A stretch of DNA of 53,739 bases, counting the filler, from Dirinaria sp. TL-2023a (Eukaryota), in the NCBI GenBank assembly GCA_051941275.1. It is 4 parts of 4 records of this genome, joined end to end, with 100 filler letters (N's around TTAATTAATTAA, not from the genome) between each part and the next. Parts side by side here need not be neighbours in the genome. Positions count along the whole stretch, not along the records: positions 40,383 to 53,739 come from JAVEBF010000697.1; 3 more parts are not named here. One strand, given 5' to 3'. Numbering within the stretch: position 1 is the stretch's first letter; every line of letters starts with the position of its first letter. The position numbers and the translations under genes are program-made. Under the pieces are notes generated by a model that had not been told where the DNA came from, ran no database searches, and was given only the letters and a program-made list of their open reading frames with translations. Below are positions 44,781-53,739 of this stretch, piece after piece.

Positions 44781-45876
44781 TCTTAGATTCGACTGCAGAG
44801 CGGGCAGCTGAGCGAATAGGCCGTTTCCTAGTTAAGTCTGGTTCCGCTGGGGATAACTCGGAGCCAACAAATGGGTCATTGCAAACACATTTTGTCAATT
44901 CTGATTAATCCATTCCCCTCGGACTATATCAAGCCGGCTATCCAATTGAAAGACCTAGATGGAGACATTGCACCTGTCATGATTCTAAAATACATACCTT
45001 GTGTGCATGTTATGTTGCCTAAACACTTTGCTTAAGGTATAAGGTGGTTGAGTTGGGATATGGAGTCTGCAGACATTTTACAAGATCCTATTTTAGACGA
45101 CGACAAGCATGATCCGATACATTTCCCCTTCCAGGCTATATTCAGACTTGCACGGCTCTTTTTCTGGAGGTATTTTAAGCGTGTTGGAGAACCTGCAAGT
45201 AGTTCGAGCCTCAAATCAAGTTAACAGTACCAAAACCATGACTTGAGGAATTGATACACATGTCCACATGAGGTTATGAAAAAACCCCCCGCCGTGCAAT
45301 TCTTCTTTTGTTGGGCACAAACCATTGCTGTGTCTTAGGCAATCTCTCCTCCCGGTAATTGTCGTCGACGACCTCACAACTTCAGTCTTGCCAGTATTGC
45401 AATTTCATGCAATTTCATAGATTCATTTCGAGTAAAGCTTCGTTTCTAGTTTTTGTACAGCACCATTTGCAAGCCAACCTAAAAATTCTTCTTTGCGAAC
45501 AAATTCTTCAATCCCATTTACTGGAACCGCATCTCAGGCTCCTGCCCTAGCAAATTTCTGGAAGTAGACTCATGGGTGTAGATACCCTTCAGAATAGGAA
45601 TTTAGATGAAATACTCCCTATGTACCACCTGCCCCTCGCATATAACCCTTGCTCTCAAGTAGTAAATAAGCAAGATATAAAGAAATGCAACCAAGATATC
45701 CCATTCGCGGTTCGCGAATACGTTTCATATGGTCATTGATCGTTCGGTCTATCATAAGCAATTAGTAGAAAGACATACTGCCCCAGAGAAAAAGAGGAGA
45801 AAACAAAGAAAGAAAAAAAAAGATAAGTTTCTGGGGATTCGAACCTCCGACCTTGTCAAGAACATTAGAACTTGCC

Positions 45877-45959
45877 AAAAAATGGTGCAGCCGTATCGGG
45901 TGAGGGTTAGACGATGGAATTCCAAGGCCTTTCGCGGAGTCTGGCCGCTACGCCATCAC
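45877..45959 (-). ncRNA. Putative Pol III-transcribed small structured RNA (~80 nt), possibly related to the Rfam Afu_182 type
   Basis: Minus strand: internal A box TGGCGTAGCGG (45955-45945), stem GTGATGG/CCATCGT, inner GGCC/GGCC hairpin, CTAACCCTCACCC, T6 terminator (45882-45877), perfect B box GGTTCGAATCC 30 nt downstream (45845-45835), TATA-rich tract ~40 nt upstream. The family name is from memory and unverified. Confidence 0.6.
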
Positions 45960-48900
45960 TGTACTACGTGGTAACCTTGAAAACCTTTGCTACAATTATA
46001 ATATATATTCTGTTTTTTTTTTTTTTTTTAGTTGAGGGTAAGATTATGTGTTCATGCCATTGATCTATAGCGTTTATCTAACAATGAATCTACATACTTT
46101 CGTTTCCATTTAGGATCTAATATACTAGCATCTTAAGGGGGAAAAAAAGAAACATGTGCCTAGAGGCAGGGAATCATGGCCGATGACAGAGCGACAACGG
46201 CTGGACTTTTGACTTTGGCGATCTCAAATCCCGCAATGATGTCTCACTTTCCGATAATCACGTTACCCAGGATTGGACCAGGGCGTGGAGTGAAGAGTGG
46301 TGGCCATTATCCAATCAGCAGTATACACATATCGCGCTTCTCGATCGCGATAAGTGTATTCGAAATACCATTGATAGAGGCTGCATGAAGTCTCATTTGG
46401 GGCGTTTTGCCCGGGCAAACGCCCGGGCGTAGCGTGCTCAGCAACTTGCAGTACTAGTGGCTTGCTAACATTGCGGCGCCAGCGTATCATGCACCACTCA
46501 GCATACTTTACTGCCAAGAGCTCAGGTTCATGTTACCCATCGTCCGGGCATAGACGCTATTTGCTCGATTGCCCGGTTGTTCGAGGAAGTATCGGCTCTC
46601 GACTCCGGCTACTGAGTAGCAAGCATTTCAAGAAAAGTAATACTCGGACTCATTCACTGGCAAGAGAGGCTGAGAGATCGTAAGCGATGGCTGTAGAAAT
46701 ATCAAGTATATTGACAGTATACCTGATTGGCATGCAGTGGTCAAATCAGGCCAAAAATTCAGCACACGACGACGATGGGCTCTGATTGCTTCGCATGAGA
46801 GGTTTTATCGAAATTGACCCAAAATTATGCCTAGTAAGATTTCCCGGATTTGGAGTGGAAGGCAAGAATGGCCGGAGGATATCAGTTGATCAATATTGAA
46901 GAAGATGATGAGGACAACGCCTGTGTAGAATGCCGTTATGCCTGGTTCGATAACATAGTGTACGGTGTGCGGACTATGTATTTTCCCCACTCAGAGGGTC
47001 AAAGGCGAATAGCTAATATCAGAATGACCTTTACAACTAATTGGACAGCACGCAAATCCTGATTTACAACAGGAGTCGGCTGGCAGAGGCAATTAGGCGT
47101 TAAAATACCAGCATATCAGTAGTAAATTGTACATACCTTAGGCATTGCATTTACCGCCTCCAATAACGGCCAAGTTCAAACGGTCTGCTATGGACGTGCA
47201 CAACATGTAAACTTCCCGCCCGCTTTACGTGACAATGCGCAAGATTCATTCGTATCGAGTAGATCCGTTGTGAATTTGTCCTTGATGTTTTCGGATAGAG
47301 AAAACTGAACCTCTATCTGGATGACGATGGACTGAAACCGATCGACCTTGAGGTTGGCAGCTAGGAGGGCACGACCTACCCGCTCGACCTCTTCAAGCTG
47401 TATCATAGCTGCACAAAAAGTCGAGAACGTGAATGTGCTGAGGAAGCTGCCTGAGTATCTCATTTTGATCTCTTCGTTGCTAGCTGCCTACTTGCTCAAA
47501 TTGCCCTCGCACTGCGGGTTCCTGTCCAGCATAAAAATCTGGGTAGCTCTGAGGAGCCTGGAAGACATGCCTTGTGATCGTTTTGCCATGAAGCATAATG
47601 TTATTCCCGAAAGTAGGGGTGGCGCTCAAGAGGACTAATGGCGGCTCGATGTCAGAGGAGGCGTACGTTTTTCCATGATATCGGCAAATTGACGGACTCC
47701 TGTTACATTCTTGAATTTCACATAGTTCTGCTCCACCAAATAGAGTATTTTCAAGGGATTTTGCTCCTCACTACCGATATTTGATCAGTCGTTGGCGATG
47801 CCTTCATCTCCTGATTTCTGGAATTGAAAAAATTTGATGCTTCCAGTCTTGGGTTGCGGATCGCTTGGTTGTCCCAATAGCACGAGTCAATATACTCTGA
47901 ATCCTGCCCTTCCCCGGATTTCTGGTCATGGTCCATTCAAATCGATCAGACGAACTGACTAATGTCCTTCTCTTTCCGAAAAGGCTCCAAATTCGGATCA
48001 TCCATCGAGATCATGAGCGCGCATTTGTTCTTCCGGCTGCTGGGTCTGTGTGGAGAGTCATGTGTGGGACCCTCGGTGGTAAAAGGCTCGAACGCATCGT
48101 CTGAATCTCATTGAATATGCATTTACTTCCTCAAGAGCTTCGTCGTCGTGATCCGTATGTGGAGAAGTACTCTTTTCATCTATCCGGATCTGGACATCTA
48201 AACGATCTAGGCCGGCTTAGCATGCTCAAGTAAAGGTACATTATTAATTTGGTGAATTTGGAAGCTGGGGTATGAATTCCCGGTGCAGTGAGGCTTAGCG
48301 TATCTTTGACCGGCTTTGTGCACGCTTTTGAAACAATACTACGGAGCGAATTTGTGTTCATTCAACCGCGTTGTGGACAGGAAAAATGTTTTGATGATTC
48401 TCCACACGAATTCTTATGGGAAAGTGTGTGTGTTTTTTTGTGTTTTTCCAATGCCAAGCCGCGACAACGATACTGAAAACACTAATTGCAGATCAGTCAG
48501 AATTTAATGGCCCACGGAAACTCACCGAGTCATCAAACGCAGCCCGTTCGTTCCGCTCTCACCCTCTCAGGCTACGGTGATTGCACATGTCGGCAAATGG
48601 CGACTGTGCGATCTTGCTCCGTTTATAAAAGGAGGCTGCCTCTCCCCTTTCATTTTCTTTCAAACATACTTATCCAGAAACCCTTCCGAACTTATGTTTC
48701 CACAAGGTGTGAGAGCTAAGGTTGTGCAAGAACTTCACTCATTCAATCACCAAGGCAGGTTCGATACATAACAGTCCCTCCCAGTTGAGGGCCGATAAGT
48801 AAGCACTCCTACTTTTCATAATCCAAGTTGAAAAGACCTTCCATCTTCCTCTCCTAATTATTGTCCTGCTTTTTCCCTTCGCTCTAGCCAAAGGGAAGGC

Positions 48901-49068
48901 AATCAGATTTCATTCCCCTGCTTATTCATCAGCCGACAATTGATTGGTCAAATGCTGCCTCATGTCAATGTTCTCAAGCTAACCCTAAAACGCTGTGAAG
49001 GCTTGAGCATGAGGAGGTCATGCCATGCTGCCAGCCTCGCCCTCGATCCATCGGCCTTTCATTATTCC

Positions 49069-49221
49069 TACTCGTACTCACCCACTTTCTTGGGAGGGTT
49101 AGGGTTATCCCACCAAGAGCCACGTAACCCTAAATAAGGTAGGGTTGAAAGAATTTTGGTGGGTGTAACCCTAACCCTCCCAAGAAAGTAGGTGACCCAA
49201 GAAAGTAGGTGAGTACGAGTA
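49069..49221. mobile_element. 153-bp foldback / MITE-like element with telomeric (TTAGGG) repeats in both arms, flanked by TA
   Basis: Left arm tactcgtactcacccactttcttgggagggttagggttatcccaccaa; right arm ttggtgggtgtaaccctaaccctcccaagaaagtaggtga(cccaagaaagtaggtga)gtacgagta is its near-perfect reverse complement with a 17-bp tandem duplication. Confidence 0.65.
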
Positions 49222-49986
49222 CCCTCCGACAGCTTTCCGTAGCAGAGCCTTCGGCGCTCTCTGCGTTGTTCTGCAGCACGACACCCCCATGACGCCCCAG
49301 TATGGCAACTTCGCCCTATCTAACCCGCTACGGCGTCCTTCGACTAGATTTCCCACGATCAGTCCCCAGAATACTACATACGCCTTGCCTTACTGCAAAG
49401 CGCCCACAATCGTTGGCTGGTTTTGCAGGACCATCCGAGGGTTTGGCTCGTTCGCGGCACTAAGCCGCCACAACATAACACAAGACTCATCTAGCCTAAT
49501 TGCCAATCCATGCCAAACCAGCAAGACCTCCGTGCGGCCCACGAGTCGTCGCGAGAAGCTGTCGTGCTCTCTGTAAACCCTCTGCAGGGACGTGGGAAAG
49601 GCCGACCGAGACTTGGAGCCTTACCTTGCCAAAGGCATCGCGGATAATGCTTCTGCTGTCGTACTGACTACTAGTCCAGAACGGTAGTCGCCAAAAGCTG
49701 GATAGCGACTAGAGTAAAAACGATTCGATCCTATGCTCTGAAGGCAACCGACTGGGATCATTAACGATGGCTGTCATAAATGAATTGCTGTCACTTACAA
49801 TTGGCCAGACACATGGTCCGTTCGATTCACACCAAAGCCGGACGGCTAGCCCGCCGCTGCATGCATGGCCAATTCGCCCTTGGCCACCAGATGAATAGGA
49901 CTGGAATCAGCCACGACGCTTACTCCAGCATATCTTATCGTTGTATACTCTAAGATTACCAGTTTCTCTTAAATACTTGAGCACTT

Positions 49987-50715
49987 TTGAAATTTCAAGA
50001 AAGCCAAATTCGTCAATTCAAAAGAATGGCATGGGACTACCCTCCCCATATCGACGAGCGCCGACTCTCAAGCATCGCGGCGTTAAACTCTTGCATTCCA
50101 AACACTGCAAATCGGGAGCAGGATTTTTCGATCAATACGGCGGCGAATGCGCTTTTACCCGGCCAAGCAGCTGAAGAGAGCTTTTGTTCAGGCACTTCCT
50201 GTCCTCCCTATAGCGGTGGTCACCATTGGACCCACGTGACTCCATGCTATCCAAGTCAAACTCATGATAGAGTCCCAGTCGAGCAGACTCGGCTGTCGCC
50301 TTCCTTCGCTGCAGCACCACCGTTCGGTAATCCCCTCACATATCTTCAAGGGGCCCAACCCTGTAATTCCAGTATCGACCAGGGAATCCCTACAAATGCG
50401 TTTCCGCAGCATGGACAGTATAACACAAACGGATATACAAATGGTGGCTACGCCGACTTTAGTAGCGGTCCGTTTCAGCCCACACTCCCTTTCAGCCGAC
50501 CTGGAACCGTTTCTAACCCAAGCGACACGTCTGTGAGGAACGCGAAACCATACTCTTGCACCTTCGCTTGTGGCAAATCCTTCGCGCGGAAGGGAGACAT
50601 GGAGCGCCATGCGAGAATTCATCTACCTCCAGGCCTTTGGTGCAAATGTGGCAAAGGCTTCACTCGTAAAGACAAGCTCATGGAGCACCAAAGGAGCCAT
50701 CAGGCACACCAATGA
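49987..50715 (+). CDS. C2H2 zinc-finger protein (putative transcription factor); true 5' end uncertain, probably has upstream exons
   Basis: C-terminal YSCTFACGKSFARKGDMERHARIH and LWCKCGKGFTRKDKLMEHQRSH; Pro/Gln/Ser-rich region upstream. Confidence 0.75.
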   Translation: MKFQESQIRQFKRMAWDYPPHIDERRLSSIAALNSCIPNTANREQDFSINTAANALLPGQAAEESFCSGTSCPPYSGGHHWTHVTPCYPSQTHDRVPVEQTRLSPSFAAAPPFGNPLTYLQGAQPCNSSIDQGIPTNAFPQHGQYNTNGYTNGGYADFSSGPFQPTLPFSRPGTVSNPSDTSVRNAKPYSCTFACGKSFARKGDMERHARIHLPPGLWCKCGKGFTRKDKLMEHQRSHQAHQ

Positions 50716-53700
50716 CTGCTCTTAGCATCATGAGCAGCCTAACTGTTACAGCTGGATTTTATCCTCCTGAATCAAAGACGGGCTACGAGAGGCGGCTCGC
50801 GAGGATAAGAGGAAGTCAAAGGAGATTCACATTTGCGGGTTACATCAAGCTCGGTATTGCCATCACTTTCGTGAAATTTTGTGGCATCATCCTGGATCAT
50901 GGACCTTGAGTCAATATTTGGCTTCATCCCAGCATTTCTGAACTCGCACTGTCGTCTTAAGTTGTCTTTACGAACTTCGTTTCCATATGTGCCGCGATGA
51001 CTAGAGTCCGCGTTTCGAACAGACGTAGCGCCAATAGTACTGAATTCTCGTCATGTCCATGATCATCATTGAGCGGTTCAGAACGCCATCAACAAGGCGT
51101 TTTTTGCCTGCAGGTGTTTTCACTACAGCGAAAAACTGGTTTCTCATAATCTCACCACTCTCGAACCACTCGAAATGATGCCAGTAGAAGAGCCGCATGC
51201 TTGACCGCATTGCCAGCGCACAACTTGAATTGGGACTTTTCGGGCAAAATAGCGCCACGCATGTCAGCAAGAAGTCCCGTACCCGAATTAATATCATTGG
51301 CTCACGGAGTCTTTACTACAGATGATTACGAAGCTACACGGCGAATCGGGTGGAGTTCTTGACCCTCGCTTAACAAGCACGCCCAATTGTCTCGAAAGAC
51401 ACCTTGGAATTAGAATATGCGTGATCAGCAAATATGGATGCTTGGCAGATACGCCATCCAACCTCAAAGAACAGACATACGAACTTTATCCGGATTGACA
51501 TTTTTACCCTGTACAGATCAAGTCGATAACCGCAACTACTCCATCAGTCGAAGTAGGACCGAGATCTTGCAGCTGAACGCGTCTGAAGCGCTGTTGCAAT
51601 TGATTACTCTCTCGGCTGGGAGACGCTGACCATACTTTTTCATCACTCCTTTCACTCCTTACGGGACATTTCCTTACTTCCTCTTTCCTTGAGTGCAACC
51701 ACGCAAAGCCTTGATAGACGACTCGGTGATTTTCGTAATCAGGGTATTGCAGTACAGGCCGCAAGCCACGATAATGAGTCTGTTTCAACGAGCAAGTCTG
51801 TCAAGGACATCAGATCCGTAGCCTAACGCAATGAATACCGCGATGAGTAAAGAATCGCTTATATTGGAAAGAAGCCTGTTCCCGAGCATGATATCGATCT
51901 CCTATAGATGTGTGAACATACCTGCACAATCCGTGGAGGGTATCTTATGTCTCTTCACTGCTAGTTAGACGAAGAGAGGTACCGCTGACCTGGTCTACGG
52001 CTGCTATTTTGTTTTACTTGGAACAATTGCTGTAATTACCAAAAGTAGCAGAGCTGGCATCTGCCGCCTCTGTAACCGGCGTTCAAGTTCAAAGGATCGT
52101 GCAGCTGCAGAACCATCTCTTCCGAACGTTCGGAAACATGATTTGCATTTTTTTTCTTCAACTGAACGACTTTATTGATAGATAAAAGTGGGAGCTCACA
52201 CGAAGCCGTGATTCCAATTGAAAGGTCTAATGATGCTCTACAACAATGAGGAGGAACATTTCACCAAGTAATTCTCGTTATGATCAAAATTGACGCGATT
52301 CGTTTCAGTCTTCTCGGACAGTCGGGCTTCTTCGGTATGCGAATCTACCATCAATCAATGAGCTTCATAGACACAGTCACGAAATTGATTTCCATGCTGA
52401 TCCTCTTTTTGATGCTGATACTCTCTTTGATGCTTTACATCGTCTGAGCTGTGATTACTCTGTATTGTCTGATTTGAGCTTCCGCAGATGCTCGGGCCTT
52501 ACGTTCTCCCTTAATACATGCCATTCAGAACGGTCATTCTTGAACACAGTATTTTAGCATCGAGAAAACAGCTCTCGAATCATCTATGCTGTGATTGCGT
52601 CATCGCTTCCCTGGGCGGGCTCTCGACAGTCTTAGACGAAGTGCCCCAACTCAGCGTCAGCAACTTCGAAGCTTTCTGAATCATCGCCAAGAGCCTTCCG
52701 CTCTATTTCACTGTACGAGGGGTATTGAATCAAGAAACTGTGTATGTAGGCCTAATAAATTGATATTGGATTGAGGACTACTCAACTCTCAGAAGAAGAT
52801 TTTTTTTTTTTGACGTCTTCTACCTCTTCTTCAATTTCCTTCGCATTGTGACACCAATCACGTTCTCGACGATGGATCTCCAGCATTTAGATACTATAAT
52901 ATTTTCCAAGAGCTAGAAAAAAAAAAAAAGAGGCAGATCATAAGACTAATCGTAAACCGATCTCGCATCGCATCATCTTCCAAGATATGAGTGCCAACAT
53001 TTCTCAACGAACTCATCTTGATCTGCTCATCCGATGCCTTTAGCGTGGGTTAAACACCTTAGACGAGTCGCCGAACTGACGATGATTTTTCCACTCATAG
53101 ATACATCCACCATCATACAGTTGCAAAAGGTTTCGTCCTGAGTTGCTGCTGCTGGTGTGCTTAGAAATAGTCACTCTGCCAGCGTATGGCACAGCGCAGC
53201 GAGTCTACATCGGGGGTGGGAGACTAAAAAAAAAAAAGTTATGTCCATAATTCCCTTCAACAAAGACACTTCATCCATGGAGCGCCCAAAACCCTACCTA
53301 TTAAGTAGTAACCTGCTGACTGAATCAAATCTCCATCAAAAATATCTTCATAAGCGATATACCAACCCCTCTCCCCTTCTCTATCCCAGATCGCACCCCA
53401 TCTCTTATCTCTGAAATACCCAAATATTCCCCCTTGCTCCTTTAACAACCGCGCCTTTTTTTCTCACAATACAAACCCCCCCTTTCTCGGGCCTAATGTC
53501 CACAATCCACATATCATAAAACCCAGCATTCAAAAGTTTTTCCCCTGCCCCCAACATAGGTATGTACTTATACAACCTACATCCAGCCAATAATAAGCAC
53601 ACCAATCAAATAAAATTCTTCAAAATTCTCGACTTCTAGATATAACATCCCCAAAAACCCTCCTCATCTTTCGTAACTCCTTAAAATGCGAGAGACGTAT

Positions 53701-53739
53701 ATTACCAGGTTGGCATAGTGTATTCCTGTAGGTAGGTAG

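Noticed and set aside
45830..45960. tRNA gene suggested by the A box and GGTTCGAATCC
   Set aside because: A T6 terminator lies between the boxes and no acceptor or anticodon stems can be formed; kept as a non-tRNA Pol III-type RNA.
49100..49180. TAACCCTAACCC as a telomerase template or true telomere
   Set aside because: Only two repeats per arm, inside a short DNA inverted repeat and internal to the contig; no TER-like context.

Overview
Eukaryotic DNA from a filamentous ascomycete (Pezizomycotina-type genes with short GT-AG introns and CTAAC/CTGAC branch points). The window is not one locus. It is four contigs of 13363, 13361, 13358 and 13357 bp joined by an artificial N44-TTAATTAATTAA-N44 linker, apparently sorted by size, so adjacency across the linkers has no biological meaning. 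Contig 1: hypothetical protein, divergent cytochrome P450 / phenol 2-monooxygenase pair, Ulp1-type SUMO protease. Contig 2: ATP10, GOS1, RPL35, DC-UbP-like ubiquitin-domain protein, Cch1 Ca2+ channel. Contig 3: divergent histone H4 variant (fragmented in the ORF track), AA9 LPMO with Cys-rich and CBM18 modules, ARP3, SmF, a ~3.7 kb interval with no recognisable protein gene, MATE transporter, DUF202 protein. Contig 4: HSL-family lipase/esterase, TSR2, small Cys-rich ORF, a Pol III-type small RNA gene, a telomere-repeat-containing foldback element, a C2H2 zinc-finger ORF. Main finding: the interval between SmF and MATE (~33690-36121, + strand) has the hallmarks of a ~2.4 kb telomerase RNA. These are a 9-nt UAACCCUAA template with a 5' boundary hairpin, many nested long-range helices joining the 5' and 3' ends, and a 3' end made of an Sm-like U-tract, a non-canonical AUAGGU 5' splice site, a GCUAAC branch point and CAG. 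All helices and exon boundaries were read by eye and need computational confirmation.
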